DNA of 64,000 nt, taken from positions 90,396,001 through 90,460,000 of the forward strand of contig NC_086374.1 of assembly GCF_036588685.1 (NCBI RefSeq). Reading direction: 5' to 3'. The first letter of the stretch is position 1; each line of letters begins with the position of its first letter. The DNA is from Mytilus trossulus. Its lineage: Eukaryota. Position numbers and translations under genes: made by a program. Positions 25,446-37,973 of the stretch are shown one piece after another. Below the pieces are notes generated by a model. It saw only the letters and a list, made by a program, of their open reading frames with translations. It made no database searches and was not told the DNA's origin.

Positions 25446-26128
25446 CTACAAGTTTAGCCGTGATTTTCTCAATTTGAAAAGTTTCAAATTTTTCATGCCG
25501 GTGCCTAGTAAAGCCGTCTATACTGTGTAGTTTTCTCATTTTTAAAGGCCGTACGGTGCTGATATCCACATCTTTTGAACTCGTGTGTATAGTTGTCTCA
25601 TTTGCAATCATACTCTATTTTCTTAATTTCATAATGAATACATATAATAAAGACTTTCGTGTAAGTATAAAGAAAACATTACTATTTAATCTTTTTTTTT
25701 TCTTAAAAATTAACACAACAGATAAAAACACTTCAACCAATAAAAACTTAATTTAGTCGCACAGTTTTATATTTAAAAAAACTTTTAAACTGCAACTACC
25801 ATATTTTTTCATTACAAGATTTGTTTGAAATAAAGTTATAAGTACGAAATTTAAATCAATTCCAATACCAGCAACTTTCATAAAAAATAAGGCTAAAAAC
25901 AAGTTGAAAAAAAGCGGTGTTCCTTTATATTGACACATTGTAACAGTATTTGGTTCTTTCAAAAGTTCCATTTGCTAAAGACATCTTTGGACTTCTTCTC
26001 ACATCATTGGCTAGGTGAATCGTTTTTGTTTTTTTTAAATTCGCTTTGATTAACGTAAACAATGGCAGTTTTATAAACTTTAAATTATATGGCAGTAATC
26101 ATTTAAAGCATATAGCAACAGTATATAT

Positions 26129-27382
26129 CTAATTATAAAGAGTACTTTTCGACCTTCTGAGTGACCAGTGTCCTAGTCCTAAATTACGACCAAATTCTTT
26201 AATATGGACGGAACCCATTTTTGGCAGTGCTTTTTCCAAATCATGTACCGGTTGAACAGATAAGTTCGTACGTTTCAAGGTTCTCTTTCTCTGCTGTATA
26301 TCACAGTTTATATTTTCTGTTTGTTCTCTCAGTTTAGCCAACTCTGTAACGGATTGGAGGCTGGTTGATTTTGAATGAATAGCCTCTAACATTAGTTTAT
26401 AATATTTTACTGTCCGTAGTCTTGTATCAATGATCATTTTCTCATTTTCTAAATCGCTTTTAACCTTTTCATATTTTGACTCTAGTTCTCCATTTAAGTT
26501 TTGTTCTATTTCATCTAGGTATTCGTCCATAACTTTACGGAAAATTGAAATGTTATCTTTTCCCATTTGGAGTTGTTCGTCTAATCTTTGTAAATTACGT
26601 TTTCTATCATCTGAAAGCTCTTGAGATTCAGTTTCAAGAAAGTCTAGTTTCGGATCTAATTCCTTCGTAGTATGATTTCCTTTAATTTCCGGGGCAACTT
26701 CTGATATCTGTAGCACGCCTTTATTAAGGAAATAGCAGGTTCTGTGCTGTATTTTCCCACAAATGTTACACGTTGTTGTCCAGTCACGAGGACAAAAGTA
26801 CGCCATGTCCTCTTTTGGATGATGAACGCACTTTTGATAAGGGAATCTCAGCTTTGTAGCATCTTGTAGATCTGTCGTAGGGTGGTAGATCTTCATTGTG
26901 GTTAGCTGCCGATGCAAATCCATGTGATCGAAACATAACGCATTTGCACAGTATCCACACCACTTCACAGCCTCCCTTGTGCAACCATCATTAAAATGAC
27001 AAACCTTTTGTTCAATGGCTGGTTCACATAACAGAGTGGAACACACGGTACCAATTGGTAGGTTTTCTGCGTACGATTTAGCGTTTAGTTTGCCTAATGT
27101 TTGGAACACCATCATTTTGCATTCTGGACAATGTATTTCTATCTTTCCCGGAGAATCCTTGATAATTTTCTCCACATATTTTGTCAGACATGGTTCACAA
27201 AACGAATGCAAACAAGGAAGGCACTTAGGTACACGGATTTGTTTGTCACAAAGGATACAGAGTAGAATATCCACCACTTTCGCTTTATCGTCTGCTTCTG
27301 TATCAGTAATTTCCGGCTCCTCAGCCACAATATTTACAGGTTCTTCTTTTGGAGGTTCGTCTTTCGGCTTCTTGGACGCCAT
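26129..27382 (-). CDS. TRIM/RBCC E3 ligase B (RBCC only), ~417 aa, single coding exon
   Basis: RING CILC..LPCLHSFCEPC..CPEC; WCGYCANALCFDH; CVHHPKEDMAYFCPRDWTTTCNIC; coiled coil. The first ATG is at 27382 (track start 27397 is TTG). Confidence 0.92.
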   Translation of the reverse strand: MASKKPKDEPPKEEPVNIVAEEPEITDTEADDKAKVVDILLCILCDKQIRVPKCLPCLHSFCEPCLTKYVEKIIKDSPGKIEIHCPECKMMVFQTLGKLNAKSYAENLPIGTVCSTLLCEPAIEQKVCHFNDGCTREAVKWCGYCANALCFDHMDLHRQLTTMKIYHPTTDLQDATKLRFPYQKCVHHPKEDMAYFCPRDWTTTCNICGKIQHRTCYFLNKGVLQISEVAPEIKGNHTTKELDPKLDFLETESQELSDDRKRNLQRLDEQLQMGKDNISIFRKVMDEYLDEIEQNLNGELESKYEKVKSDLENEKMIIDTRLRTVKYYKLMLEAIHSKSTSLQSVTELAKLREQTENINCDIQQRKRTLKRTNLSVQPVHDLEKALPKMGSVHIKEFGRNLGLGHWSLRRSKSTLYN

Positions 27383-27813
27383 GTTGGACGTAACCAATGG
27401 ATATGTTGCATACTGCCATTTAGGTTTACAGAAATATTGATGAACGATAAAGGTCTCTTCGTATGGTTATTTGACTTTATGTAGGTCTCCATTGTAACTT
27501 GACGAATTGTTTAAATCTTATCTACATAGTCCTTAGTAATTTAGTAAACGGTTGGTGTTTAAAACAGTAAACGTATTCTATAGCAGACACGAACTAAACT
27601 GACATATAATATCACTAAATGTATTTGAAATTAACTTAAGGTATTTAATGTTATTTAATATTTGAAAATTACAAAAGAATTGATTATAACTCGTATTAAA
27701 TAACGATGAAATGCATTGGAAATAAATATGTATAACTAAGGTTAATACCTTTTATACCGTTACATAAGCTGTTCATCTTTTTTTTTTATAAATATATAAA
27801 ATTTACTTGATAT

Positions 27814-28130
27814 GAAATGCATGTTTAACCCCGCCACATTATTTATGTATGTGCCTGTCCCAAGTCAGGAGCCTGTAATTCAGTGGTTGTCGTTTGTTTA
27901 TGTGTTACATATTTGTTTTTCGTTAAATTTTTTTATATAAATAAGGCCGTAAGTTTTCTCTTTTTTGTTTTACATTGTCACATCGTGGCTTTTTATAGCT
28001 GAGTATGCGGTATGGGCTTTGCTCATTGATGAAGGCCATACGGTGACCTATAGTTGTTAATGTCTGTGTCATTTTGGACTCTTGTGGACAGTTGACTCAT
28101 TGGCAATCATACAACATCTTCTTTTTATAT
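27814..28130. mobile_element. Abundant interspersed repeat; partial opposite-orientation copies near 1299, 1850, 8883, 42836 and 43266
   Basis: Shared block AAGAAGATGTGGTATGATTGCCAATGAGACAACTNTCCACAAGAGACCAAATGACACAG..AACAACTATAGGTCAC occurs at least six times in the window. Confidence 0.75.
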
Positions 28131-28328
28131 ATATATCTGTTTGACGAATTCCTAACGTATTTTTTACCAAGACTCTGAGCTTACTGACAATAATCAATAA
28201 TAAAGACAAATTAAAATAAGAAAACTAAACATTTAAGAATATTTATACATAATTTAAATAAATATCTCTTAATAAATTAAGTTTTGAGCAACTTTAATGC
28301 CAAGTGCTGCACATGCTGAACAAATGAA

Positions 28329-29933
28329 TTACAGAGTGGATTTTGATAGTGATGTCCCCTTAAATAGGTTGGTTTTAGATCTGATTGGTGGTGGTACTGG
28401 TGCAAGTTTGTAGGCTGATATTTCCCGCCTTTGTAGAGATCCCATTTTATTGATTTGTTTGAAATATTCTGCGTAGGTTGTAATTGATACTTCAAAAGTT
28501 TTGGCTTTTCTTTTAAAGGTATGGATATCACCTTCAACGTTTTTAGTTTGGTCCCTAAGCTGCGACATTTCAGTTATTGCTTGGGTATCTGGCGAGTGTA
28601 TGGTTATATTTTCCATTAGGTTTTGATAGTGAACGACAGTCCTCAGTTTAATTTCCGCTTTGTCTCTTTCTTCTTCTAGATCTATCCGTGTGCGCTCGTA
28701 AATCTCGGTAAGCTCGTCATGAAGGTCATCTTCCAGCTGGTCAAGGTGATCGTTGATGTTTTGTCGTATTGTAGAAATACTTTCACGACCTAACCTCAGC
28801 TGTAACTCAAGTTCATCAAGATTTTTTATTCGGTCATCGGAAATTTCTTCGGCTTCTTCACGTAACGTATCTAGTCGTTTCTTTAAAGTTTTAGCATGCT
28901 TACTGTCTTTTACTCTTACTGCAGCGACCGGAAGTGGTACGACACTTCCTTTCTGATTGTCGCATATCTTGTGCAACATCTTACGGCAAACATGGCAACA
29001 CGGAGTCCATTCCTCTTTACAAAATAAATGCAGATCTTCTTTCTTGTGAAAATGACACTTTTGATAAGGGAACATTAAAGTGTTTGATTTTCCTCTAATG
29101 TCATCTAGGCTCACCGTTGGATGGCGCTGTTTTATTGAAGTTAATTGTTTGTGGTATTGAACATGCTCTTCACAAAATGCAAGTGCACAGTAACCACACC
29201 AAGACACTGCTTTATTTAAATCACTGTTACATACATTACAAAGTCTTGTCCTTGCTGCCTTTTTGCTAAGAACCGTCGAAATCAGCGTACTTGTAGGCAG
29301 AGATTCGATATATTCCCGAGCATTAATTCTGTTCCTTGATACAAGAACTACAGCATGGCATAATGGACACGTGATCGTTGTTGTTTTCGAACGGTCAATC
29401 AATTTTTTAACATATGTTTCTAGGCAAGATTCACAAAAAGAATGCAAACATGGCAATATCTTTGGCATTCGCATATTCTCGGAACAGAGTGGGCATTTGA
29501 CTAGAAGAAACTGAGCCTCTTTTTGGTCATGAGAAGGTCCGTTGAGTTCAAGATCTAACGAAACCTCAGTCGTTGCACGTGACAATGATGTGCCACTTCT
29601 TTCTCCGTCAGTTCGAGGGGAATTCTCTTTGCTATTTATATCACCATTTAATATTGAATCTTTTAATTCTTCTACATTTTCGTTTACACTAAAATTCCTC
29701 GTTTGTTCCGTGTTACTATCATCCCTCGTTTCAATTGGTTCTTCTTTGTTTGTACCTGGTGGATCTTTTGAATTTCGGGATTCACCATTCTGACTAGATG
29801 TTTTGAACTGTTGCATATCCGCTCCATCATCTGGTTGTTTACCAGTGACTTGATCATACAGATTGTTCTCCAAGTGATCTGCTACTGTTTCTTGATGAGT
29901 AAGAACATTATATTGCTGTACTTCATCAGCCAT
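28329..29933 (-). CDS. TRIM/RBCC E3 ligase C (RBCC only, ~145-aa acidic disordered N-terminus), 534 aa, single coding exon
   Basis: RING CPLC..LPCLHSFCESC..CPLC; WCGYCALAFCEEH; CHFHKKEDLHLFCKEEWTPCCHVC; coiled coil. Confidence 0.92.
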   Translation of the reverse strand: MADEVQQYNVLTHQETVADHLENNLYDQVTGKQPDDGADMQQFKTSSQNGESRNSKDPPGTNKEEPIETRDDSNTEQTRNFSVNENVEELKDSILNGDINSKENSPRTDGERSGTSLSRATTEVSLDLELNGPSHDQKEAQFLLVKCPLCSENMRMPKILPCLHSFCESCLETYVKKLIDRSKTTTITCPLCHAVVLVSRNRINAREYIESLPTSTLISTVLSKKAARTRLCNVCNSDLNKAVSWCGYCALAFCEEHVQYHKQLTSIKQRHPTVSLDDIRGKSNTLMFPYQKCHFHKKEDLHLFCKEEWTPCCHVCRKMLHKICDNQKGSVVPLPVAAVRVKDSKHAKTLKKRLDTLREEAEEISDDRIKNLDELELQLRLGRESISTIRQNINDHLDQLEDDLHDELTEIYERTRIDLEEERDKAEIKLRTVVHYQNLMENITIHSPDTQAITEMSQLRDQTKNVEGDIHTFKRKAKTFEVSITTYAEYFKQINKMGSLQRREISAYKLAPVPPPIRSKTNLFKGTSLSKSTL

Positions 29934-32903
29934 TGTTTATAGCTTATTCCAATATTTAAAATCCGTTAAAAAAGAAAGTTGTTACCGGAGCTTAAGAGCA
30001 GATCATTGATATGAGGAACAGTTAAGGTAATTTACAGAACACTTTTATTGAGTTTGAGAAAAAAAACATACTTGATATAATTTCCCTTGAAGACAACAAT
30101 AAAATTGAGAATGAAAATGCATTTATGTCAAAGGCTTTTTGTCGACAGACACGTGCTGAAATGCTTCTTAAGAAAATCAAAATAAATTTTAACTTCCTTT
30201 TACGACCCTCTTTAGTATCCATTAGTAATATGTTGTCAAAAACAAGTTACTATCAAGAACAAAAATATTTTTTAAAACTATTTTCCATTTCAGTAATTAA
30301 TTGGAACAAAGGTATTTAATTGTTTTATTTCAATGTATGAATGAAAGTTTAATCAGCAAAGACAAAAAGTAAAGTTTAACGGCATTTCAGTGTTACGGAC
30401 AATAAACTTCACCATTTCAAATTGAATATGAATACAAGAAACTAATACTATACATTTACTTACTTTTTTCGAGCTATTTATTGACACGACTTTCGTTAGT
30501 GGAAACATGAATATAGAGCCCCTCTCAATATACATCAGCATACATAAGTTATAACCAATATGTCAACATAATGATAAAATCACGAAGAATAAATCGAAGC
30601 TTACCTTACTAGAGCGCATGATAGTCAAACATACACAATACTGCAAGCACTGATTAAAATAGTTCATCTCATAATTTTAATCTTTCCAAGGGAATGCTAA
30701 AAGTAATTATTTCATTTTCTTTGTAGTGTTCAATTTTCTTTTCGTTTTGTCATTTGATGTTGTACATGACTTGAAACTGCACGTGTAGAATGAACATGAC
30801 GAGGCAAGCTCAACGTGTTGTCTTTAACATCGCATCATTTCATTACTTATACGTTTATCAATTTATATGTCGATGCTTTATCTTGGATTCATTAGTAAAA
30901 ATGACCCTGCATATACATTGTTGTGTCCATTAAGCTATTGCCGGTTTACATAAAGGATACTTTATTTAATTGACAATTCTAACTAACAGTATAATATCAC
31001 CAGATCAGAGGGACCATGCATGCACAGACAAAAATAGAGTTAATTTGATAAAGAATGACACATTGCATTTCTGATATTCAATGAAGAAACTAAATAAAAT
31101 GAGTTAGAACACATATTTAACGCTCGAGTTGCATTTCTGTAAATATAGACTATGCAATTTCCCGAAGAACTTCCTTTGCTGCTGAATCTGTGCCACTTTT
31201 ACTTTGAAGTTTTGTAAAAAAAAATATATATAAGAGAATGGAAATTTGACATGCGCTACAATTTTATTCAAAGGTCAAAACATAGGGCTGTGCGGCATAT
31301 TTTCAACATTTATATGCCCTGAACTTGTTAGAGTTTAAACTTGACTAACATTATGTACAACACTACCTTCACTTTGTGCCTACATCAGGATAATATAATG
31401 GTAATAGTCTTAAGTTATGTCTCTATGGGATGAAACATATCCGGGAATCAGTACGTGAACAAATCGAGTTATCTATGACTCCAAAAGAGGCGTGGTTTTG
31501 AGAAACAGCTGTATTTACATAGTAACTTATATATAGTTCTTGAACTATACTTAGATGTTTGACGAAAATCAAACTCATATAGAACAGATTAAGAAAATAG
31601 AAAAAAAAACAAACGAACAATATTACACAGAAACTTAAAAATTGATTAAAACTAACAAAACTATATAAATAGCAAGGTTGAAATTTTGGTGTTTCAGTAC
31701 TTGCTAAATACCACCACTTCTGACAACCGTAATGATACTCATGAAGTAGACTTCGGTTGACATATAACGTATGACAATCATTTAAACATGTATGCTTGTG
31801 AACTAAACGGCTTGGATCCCAACTTAATTCTATTTGTCAATGCCACGAATGAACAAAGATGGTGGATGTTGGCCTGTAATATATCGGTTGTCATCTATGA
31901 AACATATTTTAAAATATATATCTAGTATCAGTTGGAACCCTTTTAAACATTATCATATACATGCTAACTACGCTGGGATGACCTATAGTTGTTCACAACT
32001 GTTTATTATTTAGTTGTTGTCTCTCCTTTGACTAAATTCGCAGAATTAGAGACATCTGGAATATAATTCAGCGGCGGCGGCTGTGGCGGCGTAAACTTTT
32101 TTTCATATAGCTTTACGTTTTAGAAGTTTGAAGTGGGAATGAATCGTAACTCTTGGCTAGCAAAGATGGGTTATCGCAGACTTCTTTACACTTAAGCTGT
32201 TGGACGTGTTCTCATTTTAGTTTGAGAGAACATGGCTGTGTAGTTTGAAACGCTTTGAGCTACGGTGGCATTCAGTTATTGAGACTTCTCCGAGAAAGGA
32301 ACGTTTTCTTGAAATTTATTTTGTTGCTAAATACTTATTTGACAAGTCTACCCATAAATATACAGTTGATATGTTGTGTTGTCCGCCATTGTCCGAGATT
32401 CCTTTTTTTTGGGGGGGGGGGGGAGGTAGTTGGTTTGCTTTCTGTCATATTTGTTGTTTACTCATTGATGTAATTTAAATCTTGCTGGTGGTGCCCTCTG
32501 TTGAATTGATATACACTTTTCTAGATCTGGGCCTTTCATAGCTTACTATACGGTTTCAGTTTTGAAACCGTAATGTGTATGACCACTAACTTTTCAAATC
32601 TTTTTTGTTCGGTATTATTGGGGTTTTGTCTCATTGGAAATCATATCACATCTCTTAAGCTATTTTATTCGGTCTTATGTGGTTGCATTTTCACTTTTTT
32701 TATTTTAACACTGATTATAAATTTTCTCTTTCTGCAAGAAAATATGATTAGAAGAAAAAACGTAAAATAGTAAAATAACTGTTTTATAGCAAATACATAT
32801 TTAGCCTAACAAATATAAACATATTGAAAAAAGAATTGTAAAGAGAAGACAAATTGTTAATCTCAAAATATATGTAACTCCGCAATGTGAACGTCCAAAT
32901 ATC

Positions 32904-34259
32904 CTATTGCTGTGATATTCGTGGAGATATGTTGAACTTTACACCCGCACGAGGCGAAGACATTTTTGACAAAACGCTCATTTGACGTGATGGCGACTGG
33001 GAATTACGTAATCTAGAATATTTAGGCGCTACAACTCCTATCTTGAAAATGTTCTTAAAAGTCTCGTGACTTAGACTAACTTGAATCGCAATCTTTTGAA
33101 GTTTATATTTATCTAGTCTTAGCTCATCTTCCAATCTGTGCGCATTGTGTCGGATATCAGCCAGATTAGAAAGCGATTGTATGTTGGAAGCATCTTTTAG
33201 AACAACTGAAAGCATGGTTTTATACATCAAAGACGTTTGATGTTTCATGTCAACTATATGGGCTTCGCGCTCCAGTTCCTTTAATTTTTCACTGTGCACT
33301 TGGTCTAACTCGTGACACAGTTGTTGTTCAAGATCATCTAATTGTTTGTTGATCTGAAGACGGAACTCTTTGATGTTTTCTTTCTCCAAACTCACTTGTT
33401 TGTTCATAGATTCGATATTGCTAAGGATGTCCTGCCTCATCTTCTCTGTGTGTGTCGATATGGATTCTAGTTTTCTTTTCAAGTTAGTAATCTCGCTGTG
33501 AGTTTTGATGGTTGATGTGTCGTGTTCGATCAGACAAGTGTTACACATTCCATGGAGTCGTTTGGAGCAAATATTACAACAAATGTTCCAATGGTCATTA
33601 CAAAATAACTTCATGTCCTCTTTTTCATGATATTTACACTTCTTAGATGCAAATCCAATATCCGGGTTCTTAATGACCTCATCAACATCAAAGACGGGAT
33701 GTCGGTTGCTAGTCAACGAAAGGTGGTATTCTAAATGTTCATCGCAGAGAGTCTGTGCACAATACGCACACCAGTTATCGGCCGTAGTGTCACGCCCGTG
33801 TTGTTTGCAGCGTTTACACTTTTTCTGGTGTAAATCTTTCTTACTTAGAAGTGACGAAACCAACGTACTGACAGGTAAACTTTCCGCAAATGTTTTTGTT
33901 TCGTCTGAAGCCCTTGGTACGGATATATGGTACTCACATGTTGGACAAACCACGTGCATGTTGGTCGATTGCGCCTTTTCTTGTTTTATGTGCTTTGTAA
34001 TACATGTTTCACAAAACGTATGAAGACAGGGCAAATGCTTCGGTGAGCACATGTCTTGTTTGCAAAGGTTACATACCACAAGGTCATTCACCTCTGCAGG
34101 ATCCATGTTGTCACCCTCAGATGCAGTCGATTTCTTTCTCGAATCCCTTTTCTTGCCTTTCCCCAGATCTTGTGCTTTAGCTGATCCTTTTTCCAATTTA
34201 GTAGTCTTTGGCAACTTTTCACTCTGTTTGATAACGTCATTTTTCTTAACAGAAGACAT
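32904..34259 (-). CDS. TRIM/RBCC E3 ligase D (RBCC only, Lys-rich N-terminus), 451 aa, single coding exon
   Basis: RING CNLC..LPCLHTFCETC..CPTC; WCAYCAQTLCDEH; CKYHEKEDMKLFCNDHWNICCNIC; coiled coil. Confidence 0.92.
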   Translation of the reverse strand: MSSVKKNDVIKQSEKLPKTTKLEKGSAKAQDLGKGKKRDSRKKSTASEGDNMDPAEVNDLVVCNLCKQDMCSPKHLPCLHTFCETCITKHIKQEKAQSTNMHVVCPTCEYHISVPRASDETKTFAESLPVSTLVSSLLSKKDLHQKKCKRCKQHGRDTTADNWCAYCAQTLCDEHLEYHLSLTSNRHPVFDVDEVIKNPDIGFASKKCKYHEKEDMKLFCNDHWNICCNICSKRLHGMCNTCLIEHDTSTIKTHSEITNLKRKLESISTHTEKMRQDILSNIESMNKQVSLEKENIKEFRLQINKQLDDLEQQLCHELDQVHSEKLKELEREAHIVDMKHQTSLMYKTMLSVVLKDASNIQSLSNLADIRHNAHRLEDELRLDKYKLQKIAIQVSLSHETFKNIFKIGVVAPKYSRLRNSQSPSRQMSVLSKMSSPRAGVKFNISPRISQQ

Positions 34260-35993
34260 CTTTCTGATGGCTTAAATCTAAACAGTCAGATAATGCGTAC
34301 TATTGAATACCAGTACTGTTATCAAATCACTTCACTGCTTTGAAGTGAAAGTGATACATTACTTTGTCGCCAATGATTTACAAAGTGTCTTTATATATTA
34401 ATTTCTTTAGTTTATAATTATGTATTGTTCTAAGCCAGATACACCGGATGCCTCATTTCATTTCAATACACAAGTATTCTAAATCAATGGAAAACGTTTA
34501 CTTTCAGTTTATTTATTGACTATAATAGTAATGTATAGAAAGGTTAAGATGTCCTATATAAAAATCTTTGACCGTGTCGTTAAACATGATGTATTCAATT
34601 GTTCAGAACAAGCCTCCTCGCGTCACTCATTTTAAAAGAAAGAAATATTTGTTGAAATATGAGATGCGTGAATAAAATTGATAAAGGATTGATATTAAAG
34701 TTCCTTTATTTGGTAATTTTGTTTAAGAAACATAATGTGTTTCAGTATAAGAAAATTCTTTTACAACTGCTCTTTCTTTTTATGTTTCTCGCCAGCCTCC
34801 TTCAGACAGAAAGATAATTGATTTCCGCAAAACTGGAAAAGATTTTTTGTGTCTTGAATGGATGATGGATTTGACAAGGACAGTAGAAGCACCTGAAATC
34901 TCTTTCGTTTTTTGTTGGATTCATGTTGCTCAATCTTTAGTTTTCAATTTTTTGTTGTATTTTCGTCGTTTTTTTATTATATTTTTGCCATGGCGTTGTA
35001 AGCTTGTCTTTTGGACATTCCTTTGATGTTTTCCGCCTATCTATATGTTTCATATTACTGTGAATATACGGTGTTGTGTAGTGGTTTTTTATTTCTTGTC
35101 CAGTGTTTTTTTTATACAAAGTTGTCTTGTTATCATTCATACCCTATCTCTTTGTTTATCAACTCATTTGCTGTAGCTACCTTACATGTATGCTTCTTTT
35201 CATTACTGTCCGTAACTTGTATGTACATACAACAATTGAGAAATTCAAAATAAAATGTCTAAAACAAAATCGTTTTGAGTGTAATACGTCTTGTTGAAAG
35301 TTTCTTTTCTTTCAGCTCATAGACATAATTTTGCCTTGTGACCGTGTGATGTTGTCAACGTTTTTTCATGCTTCATTCCTTAAAAATAAAATTTTAAATT
35401 AAATTATAAGGACTGACTGCAATATGTTTAATGTCATTTCGAAATAACCCCAAAAATGTGTTTGTACACTTTTAAGTAAGTTTATCATTGTGCACTACAT
35501 TTTTGATATTAATTGAAATAGGCAGAAAACTATTACCCAGTCATTCATTTAATAGAATAAAACACTCATGACTATATGTGCTTCTGCGCTTCATTTAACA
35601 TGTGAATTTGTTATAAATAAAGACAAAAGTGGTATACCGCTGTTCGAAATTCATTTATCGATTGAGAAAAAACGCATTAAATATAAGAGGAGAACAACGA
35701 CACAACAGAAACACAACATTAAAATGTTACACACACGGAAACGAGCTATACTATAACATTATGACAATTTTTTTGACTTGGTATATGACATTTTAAGAAA
35801 GAAAAACACTTTTACACCCATAAAATTACAAAAAGAAGCAAATCCTAAACAAAACCAATGTACATAGTTTTATTTTGATCTTTTCTAACAAGAAAACATG
35901 TCCTACAGTTAAAAACAACGATAAAAACTAAAGTATTAAAATTTTCAAACAAAATGAATTGTCTTTAACAAGAGATTACACATCTTCGCAATG

Positions 35994-37973
35994 TTATAGC
36001 AATGTGATGGCATTATTTTCATACGACACGAACATCTTTCCAGCATTTGGAATTAATGCAATTGGCTTCCGGAAATGTGGATCCTCGGGCGTCATTATTT
36101 CTAACAGGTTTGCCTCGGGGGATACTTGGTGAACATTGTTTGAATGAAATCCACAGACATACACGTGACCTTTTGAATCGATAGCAACACCCATTGGAAG
36201 TTTGAGATGTTTATGTGAGTATTGGAAAATATTGACTCCGTCCATATTGACGCAATTGAGAGTTCCGCGTTCGGATGAGTCGGTGTAGTAGATACGACTA
36301 TCGTCTGCCACGGCAACATACTTTACTTTATCTCCCTTAGTAGATATTGACTTCTCATGCATAAGTTTATGCTCTTCGGTGATATCCCATATGTCTAGCT
36401 TTGACTTACAAGCCACGATTAACTTTGTTCCTGTACTTGCCAGACCATATCCTTTATCCGTTGTTTTATAGAAATGTTTTAACTGCTTTTCCAATGAAAT
36501 GTTTCCTATTTCAATCAGTTGAATTTGATTGTCCTTCGGAAAAGTAATAGCTACGACATCGCGGTTTTTCTTTTGAGGAAGTAGTGCTACGTCAAAAGGA
36601 TTACCCGGAAGTGAAAATGTCAAAGTGGTGTCTCTCTTTCCGTATTCTGTATAGGAACGAAGTTCTTTTCCTCTGTTGTCAACCAAGAACAAGTTGGAAT
36701 TTAAACTTATTCCTCCAGAAATGAAACTGCATTGGAATTTCAAGGCTAAAAACTTATTTCTTCTTTCTCTCTCAATTACTGTGCTATGAGCAGTATGGAC
36801 ACTAACCTTTCTTTCTTCTTTGCCTTCGATTTTAGGTTTTGTTTGCCTCACTTTCACCTCGGCAAGCTGGGTGATATTACCTGTCACGTCGAGTGGAATT
36901 ATATCCACTTCACTTTTGGAAAGCATTGATTTTTTATGGTAAACATGTTCATCTAGTATTTTGACCTGTTCAATAAGTTTTTCTACTTGATGATAAGCTT
37001 GTGCATCGGTGGTAGATCTGCCAACAGCTTCGGCAAGTATTTTATAATGATCGAGTGTGGCGTCTTTGTCTTTGAAACTTTTGATATCGTTATTCATATC
37101 TTCTATCTCTGCAGCATGTGCTTTACTAAGTTCGTCTTTCAGTGTTACCTCTAAGCTGTCAAGATGCTGATTAATTACGTCTCGCAGTGTCTTGATCGCG
37201 GCCTCTTTTTGGGTCTTTTGATTGTTTAGATCTGTTATATTTTGCTCTCTATTCTTGATAATATTGGCTACTTCCGTTTTCATCTTGTCAACTGCCGTGA
37301 CACCGAATGTATTCTTCATTGCATCTACAGCATGTTTAATGTCTGCTATCCGACACTCACTATGGTGTAAAGAACGACAGTCACTACAGCAAAGTTTTTT
37401 GTGATCCATACAATATTTCTCCAATTTTTTACGTCCATGTTTTTGCTTGGTGCAAAAAGTTGGTGGATATACTAATGATGGATCTTTCTCAATTTCCGAA
37501 ATCGCGTTCACTTTGTGTGTATCACGTGGTGTCATTGCATTATGGCGGACAGCATGCTCCTCGCACATGGCCTCTGCACAATAAGCACACCATGATGCAG
37601 CGTCTGTCTTTTTATTGTTTATCTGGCATGTTTTACAAACCTTTGTTTTCAGTGCATCCTGTACCATTAATGCCGATATAAAGTGATCTGTTGGAAGTTT
37701 GTTGACCAGGCTGTTGACATCCTTTGTGCGAGCGTCAGGAAGTGGAGCTATGCAGATAGGGCATTTCAGCTGTGCCGTAGAATCTGTATCTAAAGCTGAT
37801 TTAAGATTCTTAATAATACAGTCCTCACAGTAGGAATGTAGGCATGGCAGCTGCTTCGGAGCTGTGTACGTGTTTTTGCAAAGATGACATTTTGTCAAGT
37901 CTACTCCATGGCCTGCTTTTGACTTCGAACCATTCACAGAAACAGTAGTTGGTCTCGACACATCAGCTGCCAT
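35994..37973 (-). CDS. TRIM-NHL-like E3 ligase E (RBCC plus NHL/beta-propeller), ~659 aa, single coding exon
   Basis: RING CHLC..LPCLHSYCEDC..CPIC, two B-boxes, coiled coil, then repeats such as LKLPMGVAIDSKGHVYVCGFHSNNVHQVSPE (NHL-type blade). The first ATG is at 37973 (38000 is TTG). AATAAA on - at 35869-35874. Confidence 0.92.
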   Translation of the reverse strand: MAADVSRPTTVSVNGSKSKAGHGVDLTKCHLCKNTYTAPKQLPCLHSYCEDCIIKNLKSALDTDSTAQLKCPICIAPLPDARTKDVNSLVNKLPTDHFISALMVQDALKTKVCKTCQINNKKTDAASWCAYCAEAMCEEHAVRHNAMTPRDTHKVNAISEIEKDPSLVYPPTFCTKQKHGRKKLEKYCMDHKKLCCSDCRSLHHSECRIADIKHAVDAMKNTFGVTAVDKMKTEVANIIKNREQNITDLNNQKTQKEAAIKTLRDVINQHLDSLEVTLKDELSKAHAAEIEDMNNDIKSFKDKDATLDHYKILAEAVGRSTTDAQAYHQVEKLIEQVKILDEHVYHKKSMLSKSEVDIIPLDVTGNITQLAEVKVRQTKPKIEGKEERKVSVHTAHSTVIERERRNKFLALKFQCSFISGGISLNSNLFLVDNRGKELRSYTEYGKRDTTLTFSLPGNPFDVALLPQKKNRDVVAITFPKDNQIQLIEIGNISLEKQLKHFYKTTDKGYGLASTGTKLIVACKSKLDIWDITEEHKLMHEKSISTKGDKVKYVAVADDSRIYYTDSSERGTLNCVNMDGVNIFQYSHKHLKLPMGVAIDSKGHVYVCGFHSNNVHQVSPEANLLEIMTPEDPHFRKPIALIPNAGKMFVSYENNAITLL

